Shown: positions 39,372 through 49,337, counted from the first letter of the stretch. The stretch is 64,000 nt of DNA from Gemmatimonadota bacterium (GCA_947461225.1 CANHJV010000001.1:16962-80961); one strand, 5' to 3'. The notes: generated by a model not told the origin, from the sequence alone. Numbers and translations are program-made.

Positions 39372-39863
39372 CTAGTGCTTCATCCCCGCGCCCGCGCACC
39401 CTTCCAGCACGTCGAAGCGGTCGTGCAGCCCTTTGAGACCCGCCTTGAGTTCAGCATCGGCGGCCTTGGCCACAACCATGGCGGCCACCTTCTCGGTCTC
39501 TGCCGGCAACTCCGCCTGGGCCTTCAGCAGTTCCGGCTTCTGGCACGCCATCGGCGACTTCGACGCCGCCACGAGCTTCGCCGACGCCACCATGTCGGCG
39601 GCCTTGGCGCGGATTGGCGCCAGATCGTTCTGGTCCTTGGCCGGGTGCCAGGTAGCCATCATCAGCATGTGGTACGCGTCGAGCTCCTTCCAGCTCTCAG
39701 CCTTGGCGGCGCCGTGGTCCATCTTGCTGTGGTCCATTTTGGAATGGTCCATCGCCGGAGCGGGCGGCTTGGCAGGGGGCTTTTCCTGGGCGGACAGCGG
39801 AGCGGCGATCAGGGCGGCGCTTGTCGCGAACAGCGCGGCCAAACGGGTCGGCGTCATGGTCAT
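39372..39863 (-). CDS. Secreted helical protein with an MDHSKMDHSKMDH metal-binding-type motif
   Basis: Signal peptide ending PLSA; MDH repeats; YHMLMMATWH, LHDRF; one Cys pair. Confidence 0.75.
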   Translation of the reverse strand: MTMTPTRLAALFATSAALIAAPLSAQEKPPAKPPAPAMDHSKMDHSKMDHGAAKAESWKELDAYHMLMMATWHPAKDQNDLAPIRAKAADMVASAKLVAASKSPMACQKPELLKAQAELPAETEKVAAMVVAKAADAELKAGLKGLHDRFDVLEGCAGAGMKH

Positions 39864-40065
39864 GTCAGGGCGGGATAAGGGTCGAAACGTAGGACGAAGG
39901 GCCATCGGACTCCGGTGATACCGCAAAGTTCGTCATTCGGGCCATTTCGGACAATCATTTGCCCAACGCCTCACCCTGCCCCATCGTATGCCTGTTGGCT
40001 CCCCTCGCGGGAAAATCCGGCAGCCGGGTCCGGCTGTCCCAGTATCCTCCCCACCCGTCCCTCGC

Positions 40066-42864
40066 ATGATCAGCCTGCGTCGTGCCACCCGGCTTTCCAC
40101 CGCGATGTTGTTCGCGGCGGCCCTGCCGACCACGCTCTCGGCTCAGCCGCGCCTCACGTCACCCAAGGAATTCTTCGGGCATGACATCGGCGCCGACTAC
40201 GAGCTGCCCAACTACACCAAACTGCACGCCTTCTTTGCGACCATCGCGAAGCAGAGCGACCGCGTGATCCTCGACACGATCGGCATGACCGAAGAGGGAC
40301 GCCCGCAGATCATGGCGATCGTCTCCTCGCCCGCGAACCTGAAGAATCTGGCGCGCTACAAGGAGATCTCGAACCGGCTGGCCAACGCCGAGGGGCTCGA
40401 CTCCGCCGAAGCGGCCAAGCTGGCGAAGGAAGGCAAGGTGGTGTTCTGGATCGATGGTGGCCTGCATGCGACCGAAGTGCTCGGCGCTCAGCAGCTCATG
40501 GAGTCGTTCTACCAGCTCACCAGCCGCACCGATGACGAGACGATGCGGATCCTGAACGACTGCATCATTCTCATGGCGCATGCGAATCCGGACGGCATGG
40601 AGCTCGTAGCCAACTGGTACATGCAGGAACCCGACAAGCTGCGCCGCAACACGAACATCCCGCGCCTGTACGAGAAGTACGCCGGTCACGACAACAACCG
40701 TGACGCGTACATGAATGCGCTGGCCGAGACGCGCAACATGTCGCAGCAGCTGTTCGTGGAATGGAATCCGCAGATCATGTACAACCACCACCAGACGGGC
40801 CCCACGGGCACGGTCATGGCGGCACCGCCGTATCGGGATCCCGCCAACTACTGGTTCCACCCGGCCATGATCACGGGTCTCGATCTCGTGGGCGCCGCGC
40901 TGAATCATCGGTTCGTGCTCGAGCACAAGCCCGGCCTCACCTTCCGCGCCGGCTCGAACTACAGCACGTGGTGGAACGGGGGCATGCGCACCGTCGGCTA
41001 CTTCCACAACCAGATCGGCATCCTCACCGAGACGATCGGCAATCCGACGCCCATTCGTGTGTCGCTCGTACCCGACCGCCAGGTACGCTCGGCCGGTCTG
41101 CCGTTGCCGATTGCGCCGCAGGAATGGCATTTCCGTCAGTCCATCGATTACTCGGTGTCGGCGAACTACGCGTTCCTCGACCTCGCGTCGCGCTATCGCG
41201 AAACGTTCCTGTTCAATCGCTGGGTGATGGGCAACGACCAGATCAAGAACGGCTCGAAGGACAACTGGACGATTTCGCCCAAGCGCGTGGACGCGATGAT
41301 CGCGCAGATCACGAAGGACCGCGCTGCAGCGGCCCCTGAAGCGAATCGCGCCGGTGGCCCGCGTGGCACCGGTACCGCGCCGAACATTGGCAGCGCGGTC
41401 ACCAACGATCGCTACATGGCCGAACTCAAGAAGCCGGAAAACCGTGACCCGCGCGCGTATGTGTTGAGCAGCGCGCAGAACGACTTCCCGACGGCCACCA
41501 AGTTCATCAAGGCGCTGCAGTACTCGGGCATCCAGGTGCACCGCGCCACCGGTTCGTTCAACGCCAACGGCAAGTCGTTCCCGGCCGGCTCGTGGGTCGT
41601 GATGACGAACCAGGCGTTCCGTTCGCACGTGCTCGACATGTTCGAGCCGCAGGATCACCCGAATGACTTCCGCTATCCGGGTGGCCCGCCCATTCCGCCG
41701 TACGACAATGCCGGCTGGACGCTCGCGTTCCAGATGGGCATCCAGTTCGAACGCGTGCTCGACGGACTCACGGGCCCGTTCGAGAAGGTGAACGGCATCA
41801 CCGCGATGCCGATGGGCATGGTCGCGAAGGGTAAGGCCGGATACTTCGTGCGGCCGGAAGTGAACGACGCGTCGACGGTGGCCAATCGCCTCGCCGCGGT
41901 GAAGGTGAAGGCGTCACGCATTCCCACGGCGTTCACCGATGGGGGCACGACGTGGCCGGCCGGCTCGTGGTTCATTCCCGCCGGCGGTGCGGCCGATAAG
42001 GTCGTGACGCAGGCCGCGAAGGATCTCGGCGTGAACTTCGCCGCCGCGAACAGCAAGCCGGGCTCGGCCCAGCCGGTGCAGCCGCTCCGCATCGCGCTCA
42101 TCGATCGCTACGGCGGCAACATGCCGACGGGCTGGACGCGTCTGCTGCTGGAGAAGTTCGAGTTTGCCTTCACGACGATCTATCCGCAGGATGTCGACGC
42201 CGGCAATCTCAAAGCGAAGTACGATGTGATCGTGGTCACCGACGGTATGTTCTCCGAAGCGGGCGCCGGCCGCGGCTTCGGTGGCTCGCCCGACACCACC
42301 CTCATCGCGGCGGAGTTCCGCCGCACGATCGGCCGCGTCAGCCCCGAGAAGTCGGTGCCGGCGCTCAAGACCTTCGTGGAGGCCGGTGGCCGCATCGTCG
42401 CGATCGGGTCGTCGATCGGCCTTGGTAAGGCGATGGGTCTGCCGATCGAGAATTACATGACCGAAGCGAACGGCCGCCCGTACGCGGGCGAGAAGTACTA
42501 CATCCCCGGCTCGCTGCTCGAAGTGGCTATCGACACGTCGACCACGATCGCCACGGGCATGAACCCGCGCCCGAGCGTGATGTTCGACAACAGCCCGGTG
42601 ATGAAGCTGGGCCCCGATGCCGCGGCCAAGGGTGTGCGTGTGCTCGCCACGTTCGACACCGACAAGCCGCTCACCAGCGGCTGGGCGTGGGGACAGGAGC
42701 TGCTCAAGGGCGGCGTCGCGATGGCCGAAGCCAAGATGGGCAAGGGCACGATGTGGCTCTTCGGACCGGAAATTCTGTTCCGCACGCAGCCGCACGGGAC
42801 GTACAAGCTGTTCCTGAACGCGCTCGATGGCGGATTCCAGCGCCCGACCAAGCCGCTGCAGTAG
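40066..42864 (+). CDS. M14 zinc carboxypeptidase-like secreted protein
   Basis: Signal peptide; HATE (HxxE), NPDG, DNNRD, NHHQ; C-terminal glutamine-amidotransferase-like region. Confidence 0.88.
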   Translation: MISLRRATRLSTAMLFAAALPTTLSAQPRLTSPKEFFGHDIGADYELPNYTKLHAFFATIAKQSDRVILDTIGMTEEGRPQIMAIVSSPANLKNLARYKEISNRLANAEGLDSAEAAKLAKEGKVVFWIDGGLHATEVLGAQQLMESFYQLTSRTDDETMRILNDCIILMAHANPDGMELVANWYMQEPDKLRRNTNIPRLYEKYAGHDNNRDAYMNALAETRNMSQQLFVEWNPQIMYNHHQTGPTGTVMAAPPYRDPANYWFHPAMITGLDLVGAALNHRFVLEHKPGLTFRAGSNYSTWWNGGMRTVGYFHNQIGILTETIGNPTPIRVSLVPDRQVRSAGLPLPIAPQEWHFRQSIDYSVSANYAFLDLASRYRETFLFNRWVMGNDQIKNGSKDNWTISPKRVDAMIAQITKDRAAAAPEANRAGGPRGTGTAPNIGSAVTNDRYMAELKKPENRDPRAYVLSSAQNDFPTATKFIKALQYSGIQVHRATGSFNANGKSFPAGSWVVMTNQAFRSHVLDMFEPQDHPNDFRYPGGPPIPPYDNAGWTLAFQMGIQFERVLDGLTGPFEKVNGITAMPMGMVAKGKAGYFVRPEVNDASTVANRLAAVKVKASRIPTAFTDGGTTWPAGSWFIPAGGAADKVVTQAAKDLGVNFAAANSKPGSAQPVQPLRIALIDRYGGNMPTGWTRLLLEKFEFAFTTIYPQDVDAGNLKAKYDVIVVTDGMFSEAGAGRGFGGSPDTTLIAAEFRRTIGRVSPEKSVPALKTFVEAGGRIVAIGSSIGLGKAMGLPIENYMTEANGRPYAGEKYYIPGSLLEVAIDTSTTIATGMNPRPSVMFDNSPVMKLGPDAAAKGVRVLATFDTDKPLTSGWAWGQELLKGGVAMAEAKMGKGTMWLFGPEILFRTQPHGTYKLFLNALDGGFQRPTKPLQ

Positions 42865-42882
42865 TTCACACCGCGGTTGAGG

Positions 42883-42920
42883 ACGGCCCCTGCGTGTTTC
42901 GCGCAGGGGCCGTTGTGTTT
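42883..42920 (+). terminator. Probable intrinsic terminator
   Basis: acggcccctgcg-tgtttcg-cgcaggggccgt followed by tgtgttt. Confidence 0.6.
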
Positions 42921-42938
42921 GGTGGGGTATATTTCATC

Positions 42939-43640
42939 ATGCCCATCGACCTCAAGCGTGCCACGACCGGACTGGTGCGTGCCGCTGGCATCGCGGTGCC
43001 GCTGATCGCCGGCATTACGATCGGCCAGCTGGCCACGCCATATCTGCCGGGATTCTCCACGTGGGTGCAGACACTTGGCGTGTGGGCACCGCTCGCCTTT
43101 CTGGCCGCGTATGTCGGCGTGGTGCTCTTGATGCTCCCGGCCTTCCTGCTCACGATGGCCGCCGGCGCCGTCTTTGGCGTGGTCAACGGCAGCCTGCTGG
43201 TCTTGACCGGCGCGACGATCGGCGGCACGCTGGCGTTCCTGCTGGGACGCACGGTGCTTCGTGCCAGCGTGGCCCGACGGGTAGCCGCGCACCCTACGCT
43301 GTCCGCGGTCGATCGCGTGATCGGCGACGACGGGCTTCGCTTGATGTTCCTGCTGCGCCTCTCGCCGGCGATCCCGTTCGTTTTGTCGAACTACGCACTT
43401 GGTGTCACCCGGGTTCGCACACGCCACTTCGTAATGGCGATGCCGGGGATGCTGCCGATCATCGCCTCGTACGCCGCGTTCGGCGCAGCGGGCGTGCAGG
43501 CGGCGAACGGCAAAGGCGCACTGCCGATGCCGGTGCTCGTGCTGGGTGTCGTGGCCACCGTGGTCCTGGGACTGCTCTTCGCGAGGATGACCCAGCGCGC
43601 GATCCGCGACGCGGAAGCCCGGCCCGTAGCCCACAGGTAG
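42939..43640 (+). CDS. TVP38/TMEM64 (VTT/DedA superfamily) membrane protein
   Basis: LTMAAGAVFG, GATIGGTLAFLLGR, LLRLSPAIPFVLSNY. Confidence 0.9.
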   Translation: MPIDLKRATTGLVRAAGIAVPLIAGITIGQLATPYLPGFSTWVQTLGVWAPLAFLAAYVGVVLLMLPAFLLTMAAGAVFGVVNGSLLVLTGATIGGTLAFLLGRTVLRASVARRVAAHPTLSAVDRVIGDDGLRLMFLLRLSPAIPFVLSNYALGVTRVRTRHFVMAMPGMLPIIASYAAFGAAGVQAANGKGALPMPVLVLGVVATVVLGLLFARMTQRAIRDAEARPVAHR

Positions 43641-43718
43641 CCAGCGAGGTGGGTGTCCGGAGCGTAAGCTGAGGGGAGTTCACATGCCGCCCCGTTCGCC
43701 TTCCTCTCGACGCCGCCT

Positions 43719-45188
43719 ATGCCTGCCCCATCGTTCCGCGTTCGTTGCCGTGCCGTGACGACGATCCTGCTGTTGTCCGCGATTACCGTTGGCTGCACCA
43801 GCACGACCGGTGCCGCGAGCGGCGCAGGTACGTCCGCCGCGACCGCGAGTGCGCGCGGAACCCCATCGGTGGGTCCGCGCACCGGCTCGGTGATGGTGGT
43901 GGGCGGCGGTCAGATGGGCCCTGAGGTGTACGCGAAGTTCATCGAACTCGCCGGCGGGCCCGATGCGCTGATCGTCGACGTGCCCACGGCCGGTGGCGAT
44001 TCCATCGACACCGCGGAAAGTGGACGGGGACTGAAGAGTGCCGGCGCACGCAACGTGGTGGTGTACCACACCACGAGTCGCACGGTCGCCGACGCGGACA
44101 GCTTTGTCGCGAAGATCGCGAATGCGCGTGGCGTGTGGTTCGACGGCGGTCGCCAATTTCGGTTGGTCAATTCGTACGCCGGCACGAAGTCGGAACGCGC
44201 GTTTCAGGCGGTCCTCGATCGCGGCGGCGTGGTGGGTGGCTCGTCGGCCGGCGCGTCGATCCTGGGCGACTATCTCGTGCGCGGCGCGCCGTCGAACGAC
44301 AATCGCCTGTTCAATCATCCGCAGTATCTGAAGGGCTTCGCGTATCTGCGCGGCGTCGCCATCGACCAGCATGTCGTCGCACGCGATCGACTCCCGGATC
44401 TGCACGACTCACTCACCTCCCGTCGCCCCGACCTGCTCGGCATTTCGGAAGACGAAGGCACGGTGTGGGTGGTGCGCGGTGACAGCGCCGAGATTATCGG
44501 GCGCAACAAGGCGTTCGTGTACAACGGCCGCGACGCCAATGACGCGGGCAGGCCATTCCTCACGCTGCGCCCCGGTGACCGCTACAATCTGGCCACGCGT
44601 CGGGTCGTATCTCGCGCGATCGACGCCACGCCGCTCACACAGAAGTTCGTGGACAACGTGTTCGCCTCGTACGGCCAATCGGCCAGCGGCGGGGCCGCCG
44701 TACTGGTGGCGCAGGATGGCAAGGTGCTGGTGAACCGCACGTACGGCATCGGCGTACAGGGCCGTTTTACGCCGGAAACCGGTGCGCCGCACTTTGCGCT
44801 CGCTGGATTGTCGGCGGTGTTGAACGCCGCGCTTGCCCCCGACAGCACGGGTCGCGTCACGGCGGCATCGGTGCGCCGCGTCACGGGGATGGGCGGCACG
44901 CAGCGACTGGCCTACGACAGCACCAAGAGACTGTGGACCGGCAACGTGGACGATCTCTATCGGTTCGATCGGGCGCGTACCGTGCAAAACACGGAGCCGA
45001 AGGGATTGTGGCTCGAGGTCACGCGCGGCGACGCCATGCAGGTCGTGTACGGCCTGAGCGAAGGACGACGCTCGGCGTGGGTGCGATATCCGGGGCGCAA
45101 GACGACGATCATCATTCTCACCAACGACGATCGCTTCGACGCGAAGTCGGCCGCCGAGCAGATCGCCGACCGGCTGCTCACGCGATGA
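43719..45188 (+). CDS. Cyanophycinase-like S51 peptidase lipoprotein with a degenerate beta-lactamase-like C-domain
   Basis: Lipobox-like ITVGC; GGG, PTAG, FDGGRQ, GSSAGA (Ser), IDQH...RDR, SEDEG; C-terminal GAAVLVAQDGK...NVDDLYRF...IIILTN. Confidence 0.85.
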   Translation: MPAPSFRVRCRAVTTILLLSAITVGCTSTTGAASGAGTSAATASARGTPSVGPRTGSVMVVGGGQMGPEVYAKFIELAGGPDALIVDVPTAGGDSIDTAESGRGLKSAGARNVVVYHTTSRTVADADSFVAKIANARGVWFDGGRQFRLVNSYAGTKSERAFQAVLDRGGVVGGSSAGASILGDYLVRGAPSNDNRLFNHPQYLKGFAYLRGVAIDQHVVARDRLPDLHDSLTSRRPDLLGISEDEGTVWVVRGDSAEIIGRNKAFVYNGRDANDAGRPFLTLRPGDRYNLATRRVVSRAIDATPLTQKFVDNVFASYGQSASGGAAVLVAQDGKVLVNRTYGIGVQGRFTPETGAPHFALAGLSAVLNAALAPDSTGRVTAASVRRVTGMGGTQRLAYDSTKRLWTGNVDDLYRFDRARTVQNTEPKGLWLEVTRGDAMQVVYGLSEGRRSAWVRYPGRKTTIIILTNDDRFDAKSAAEQIADRLLTR

Positions 45189-46165
45189 ATCGTCGTGCGA
45201 GGATCGCCACCGGTCTGACTGCGCTGTTCACCAGCGCGTCTCTCGGGGCACAACCCGCGCGTGCGCCGTTCGACGTGCCCGCGTGGGCGTTTCCGACGTC
45301 GCCGGCGCCAAGCCCGGCGCCCAAGCCTGACAGCGTGGTGCGGCATCGCGTGCCGAACTCCGCGCGGAGCTATACCATGCGGCAGGTCGGGAACGGGTTC
45401 GACATTCCCGACTGGTTTCCGGCATCGCATCCACCCATGCCGTCATCGGTGCAGTATGGTGTCGCCCCGAATGCCCGGGCCTGCGGGTACTGTCATCTGC
45501 CAGACGGCCAGGGGCGCCCGGAGAATGGCACGCTGGCGGGATTGCCGGCCGATTACATCATCCGGCAGGTGGCGGCGTTCAAGAACGGCACACGATTGTC
45601 GGCGAACCCGGTGATGAGCACGAACAGCATGCACACCCTGGCGAAGTGGGTGGCCGACTCCGACGTCGTGTCGGCGGCGCGCTACTTCGAGAAGCTCGCG
45701 CTCACGCGTCGCAATCGCGTGGTCGAAGTCACGCAGGTACCGAAGACCCGCATCGAGGTGATGCTGTATGCGTACGCCGACACGGGCACCGAACCGATTG
45801 ACGGCCGCTTGATCGAAGTGCCCGAAACGTTCGCGCGCCATGAGCTGCGCGATCCGGGCGTCGCGTACATCACGTATGTCCCCGTTGGGAGCATCGCGCG
45901 CGGACGCCGGATCGCCACCCGCGGCCCGGCCGGCCCGGCGACGTCGTGCGTGGCATGTCACGGCGCAGACTTGCTGGGTAAGGATGCCGTGCCACCGATC
46001 GCCGGGCGCGCGCCGTCGAACATTCTGCGCCAGTTGATCAACTTCCGCACCGGCGCCCGACACGACTCCGCCAGCGTGACGATGGCGCCCGTGGTGGAGA
46101 GGCTGACCGTGAGCGACATGGTCGCCCTGGCGGCCTATGTCGGATCGCGCGCGCCGAAACGCTGA
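45185..46165 (+). CDS. Dihaem c-type cytochrome (c4/c553-like)
   Basis: Signal peptide; CGYCH and CVACH haem motifs, each followed by LAG/IAG...RQ..F..G.R...M. ATG overlaps the upstream stop. Confidence 0.92.
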   Translation: MNRRARIATGLTALFTSASLGAQPARAPFDVPAWAFPTSPAPSPAPKPDSVVRHRVPNSARSYTMRQVGNGFDIPDWFPASHPPMPSSVQYGVAPNARACGYCHLPDGQGRPENGTLAGLPADYIIRQVAAFKNGTRLSANPVMSTNSMHTLAKWVADSDVVSAARYFEKLALTRRNRVVEVTQVPKTRIEVMLYAYADTGTEPIDGRLIEVPETFARHELRDPGVAYITYVPVGSIARGRRIATRGPAGPATSCVACHGADLLGKDAVPPIAGRAPSNILRQLINFRTGARHDSASVTMAPVVERLTVSDMVALAAYVGSRAPKR

Positions 46166-46189
46166 CGCGCCGTCGTTGACGCGCGATCG

Positions 46190-46474
46190 CTACTTCTTCT
46201 CGATCGCGTCCCGTACGTCGAGCAGGATCTCGAAGTAGAGCTGTTCACGACGATAGGCGAAGTCGAGGGATGCCATGGCAGCGGGATCGGCCGTTTCCTT
46301 GGCGCGATCGAACGCTTCGCGGTACATCTCTTCGAGATTGGTCAGGATCCGTTCACGGGAACGCGACATACGCAGGCCCTCGAGGGCTTTGTGGGTAAGG
46401 CGGGGCGGGACGTCATCGGGCGTAGCCGTGGCCTCCTCGGTGTCGAGGAACCTGGTCAGCTGATCAAAGATCAT
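46190..46474 (-). CDS. Small hypothetical helical protein
   Basis: 94 aa, MIFDQLTRFL...EILLDVRDAIEKK, with typical codon usage. Confidence 0.7.
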   Translation of the reverse strand: MIFDQLTRFLDTEEATATPDDVPPRLTHKALEGLRMSRSRERILTNLEEMYREAFDRAKETADPAAMASLDFAYRREQLYFEILLDVRDAIEKK

Positions 46475-46528
46475 CCGACGACCGCGATCCGGGAGATTCA
46501 CAGGGGGAGTGATGACAGGCAGAACCGG

Positions 46529-46975
46529 GTGAACCGCTTCGAGATCTTCGCGCGCGACGAGTACCGCTGCGTGTATTGCGGACTCGTGCAGGAACCGGAC
46601 GCTCTCAGCGTGGACCACGTCCAACCGCGGATGCGCGGTGGCGACGGGTCACAGGGCAACGTAGTGACCGCCTGTAGGGGCTGCAACACACGCAAGGCTG
46701 GCCACTCCCTCCCCCGCTTCCTTACCGAGCATCCCGAGGCCCGGCGGAACTTCTTCCAGTTCGCGCGGTATGTCCATGCGAGACATCTGAAAGCGGTGGC
46801 CGAGGAGCTTGCGCGCCGGGGCGTGGTGGTGGCCTCAACGGAGCTCGTGGAGGGGATCCGGGGGCTGCGCAGCTCCGAGGCCATCGCTAACGTCGTGCAG
46901 CGGCGCGACGCGTCCTCCGAGACTAGGCAGGACAGCCCGTCAGGATCCGGGAGCGAACGGGAGATCGATGAATAA
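46529..46975 (+). CDS. HNH endonuclease
   Basis: IFARDEYRCVYC...SVDHVQP...GG...NVVTACRGCNTRK; overlaps the htpX start. Confidence 0.85.
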   Translation: MNRFEIFARDEYRCVYCGLVQEPDALSVDHVQPRMRGGDGSQGNVVTACRGCNTRKAGHSLPRFLTEHPEARRNFFQFARYVHARHLKAVAEELARRGVVVASTELVEGIRGLRSSEAIANVVQRRDASSETRQDSPSGSGSEREIDE

Positions 46976-47807
46976 CGTCAAGGTGTTCGTATTGATGGCG
47001 GGGCTCACGGCCCTCGTGGTCGCCATCGGGCAATCACTCGGCGGCGGCACGGGCGCGAGCATCGCCCTGCTCATGTCCGCCGCGATGAACCTCTTCATGT
47101 ATTGGGGCTCATCCACGATGGTGCTGCGCTCGTATGGCGCGCAGGTCGTGACGGCCGCTGAGGCGCCGGAGCTGTATGAGATGGTCGACCGGCTTCGTCA
47201 ACGGGCCGGCCTGCCGATGCCGACCGTCGCGATTGCGCCGCAGGAGCAGGCGAATGCCTTCGCGACGGGCCGCAATCCGGAGCATGCGGTCGTGTGTGTG
47301 ACGCAGGGGATCATGCGCGCGCTCTCGAAGGACGAGCTGGAAGGGGTCATCGCGCACGAACTGGCGCACATCAAGAACCACGACATGCTGCTGCAAACGA
47401 TGGCGGCCACGATGGCGGGCGCGATCAGCAATCTGGCGCAGTTCGCGTTCTTCTTCGGCGGACGCGGCGACGACGAGGACAGCAATCCCATCGCCGGTAT
47501 CGTGATGCTGATCGTCGCCCCGATCGCCGCGATGCTGATTCAGTTCGCGATCAGCCGTCAGCGCGAGTTCAAGGCGGATGCGGTGGGCGCCGAGATCAGC
47601 GGCCGGCCGCTGTCGCTGGCCAGCGCGTTGATGAAGCTGGAGACTGGTGCGCGACGCATCCCGATGCACGTGTCGCCGAGCGCAGCCCCCCTGGCGATCG
47701 TGAACCCGTTGGCCGCCTTCAGCATGCGCGGCGCGAGCACATTGTTCAGTACGCACCCGCCGACACAGGAGCGGGTTGAGGCGTTACAACAGCTAAGTAT
47801 GGGGTAA
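46968..47807 (+). CDS. htpX: Zinc metalloprotease HtpX (M48)
   Basis: NAFATGRNP, AHELAH, ISRQREFKAD, STHPP. Confidence 0.95.
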   Translation: MNNVKVFVLMAGLTALVVAIGQSLGGGTGASIALLMSAAMNLFMYWGSSTMVLRSYGAQVVTAAEAPELYEMVDRLRQRAGLPMPTVAIAPQEQANAFATGRNPEHAVVCVTQGIMRALSKDELEGVIAHELAHIKNHDMLLQTMAATMAGAISNLAQFAFFFGGRGDDEDSNPIAGIVMLIVAPIAAMLIQFAISRQREFKADAVGAEISGRPLSLASALMKLETGARRIPMHVSPSAAPLAIVNPLAAFSMRGASTLFSTHPPTQERVEALQQLSMG

Positions 47808-47876
47808 GGAGTAGGGAGTAGGGGGTACGCTACTCCCTACCCCGTACTCCGTACTCCCTACTTTGTCCTCCCTACT
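47796..47876. repeat. Heptamer repeat hairpin (RGTANGG)n/(CCNTACY)n between convergent genes
   Basis: agtatgg ggtaagg agtaggg agtaggg ggtacg ctactc cctaccc cgtactc cgtactc cctact. Confidence 0.75.
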
Positions 47877-48210
47877 TCGCTGTTAGCCGATGGAACACCG
47901 CGTCCTCGACCACGCGGCCTTCCTTCAAGTGCTCGAGGACGATGCGCTCCAGCAGGGCGAAGGTCACGCCGGCGTACCACACGCCCTCGGGGTAGACCAC
48001 GACGATCGGGCCACCGGTGCACACGCCCAGGCAGGGCGCCTCACTGCGCTTCACGCGCGTGGCGCCGAAGAGCAGTCCTTCGCGTTGCAGCAGCGACGCC
48101 AAGCGCGCATAGATCGCGCGACCCGCGCGATTCTCGCCGCAGAAGTTGCCGGTACAGACCAGCACGTGCCGGGCGTACGACTCCATGTCGGGTAAGCGGC
48201 TGCTTTGCAT
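47872..48210 (-). CDS. Thioredoxin-like [2Fe-2S] ferredoxin
   Basis: HVLVCTGNFC...CLGVCTGGP..VVYPEGVWY. Confidence 0.92.
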   Translation of the reverse strand: MQSSRLPDMESYARHVLVCTGNFCGENRAGRAIYARLASLLQREGLLFGATRVKRSEAPCLGVCTGGPIVVVYPEGVWYAGVTFALLERIVLEHLKEGRVVEDAVFHRLTAK

Positions 48211-48233
48211 CGCCCTAACCTATTCGGTGCGCA

Positions 48234-49337
48234 TCAGCCCCGCAGGAAGGCCATGACGAACTCGCCGACGATCAGCACGACAATGGCGATTTCCAGCGTC
48301 TCGCTGCGCAGCGCCTGCGCCTCGCTGTTCAGCATAGCGTAGGTCTCCCGAAGGATGGCCAGCTTGCGATCAATCCCCGCCCGCCACGCCCGGCCCCGAA
48401 ACAATTCCAGTGCGGCGGAGTACACGCGGGCGAGATACACATCGTCGGTGACCTTGAGCGCGTTCTCGACGCGCTCCACCAATTCGGTAGAATCGGCCAC
48501 CTGCGCCTGCAGTCGTGACAGCAGCGCCGCGAAGCGACGGCCGGGAAACACCGATCGACGGGCGCGCGCCGCTTCGATCGCATCGTAGAGCCGAGGGAGT
48601 TCGGCATCGAGTTGCGCATCGTAGTAACGCAGTTCGAGCAGCTGCGCATTGGCGAACTCGAGGATGTACTGCAGGTCGGTATCCTCCTCACGGGGCTCCA
48701 CGACAAGGGCGTTCTCCCAAGTCAGGAGGGCCAGATCGTCGCCGTAGTAGGTGAACCGATGCGGCAGCAGCTCACGGCGCGCTTCCGCGCTCAGCGGGCG
48801 CGTTTCGTTCAGGAGCAGCGGCACCACATCCAATGCGGCCAGCGCGGCCGCCGCCAGCGGCGTACCACTCTCGTCCGTGAGATGCGTGATGCGGAAGACG
48901 GTGTAATCCTCGTGCACGCCGGCCACCGCCGGACGCTCGATCGCCGGCCGCATGCGCTCGCAGAGCCGCTCCAGCTGCGCGTGCACCAGCGCCGTAATGC
49001 CGGCGTGGTGCTCGAGCCGTCGGCCAAACGTCGTGAACTGCTCCCAATCGCAGGCGGCCGGCGGGCGGACCCGCACGCGCAGCGACACGACGCCGAAATC
49101 GAAGATCCGTGCCGAGAGCTCGACGTCATGGGCCGTCTCGTCGACCACGAGGACCTCGCCGCCCAGCCAGACCGTAATCGGGGGATTGTTGATCTGGAGC
49201 GCCTGCCCCTCGCCACGGATGGGCCGGACGCGCTCCGGGGCGCTGGCGGCAAGCAGGTCGAGCGCACGGTCGAGATCGATGGCGTATCCCACGTCGAACA
49301 GTCGATACGCAATGGCGGATCCGATGACGGAGAGCAT
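48234..49337 (-). CDS. Hypothetical membrane protein (RMD1/CorA-like C-terminus)
   Basis: YRLFDVG, IFDFGVVS, LEFANAQLLELRYYD, DVYLARVY, terminal TM LEIAIVVLIVGE. Confidence 0.8.
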   Translation of the reverse strand: MLSVIGSAIAYRLFDVGYAIDLDRALDLLAASAPERVRPIRGEGQALQINNPPITVWLGGEVLVVDETAHDVELSARIFDFGVVSLRVRVRPPAACDWEQFTTFGRRLEHHAGITALVHAQLERLCERMRPAIERPAVAGVHEDYTVFRITHLTDESGTPLAAAALAALDVVPLLLNETRPLSAEARRELLPHRFTYYGDDLALLTWENALVVEPREEDTDLQYILEFANAQLLELRYYDAQLDAELPRLYDAIEAARARRSVFPGRRFAALLSRLQAQVADSTELVERVENALKVTDDVYLARVYSAALELFRGRAWRAGIDRKLAILRETYAMLNSEAQALRSETLEIAIVVLIVGEFVMAFLRG

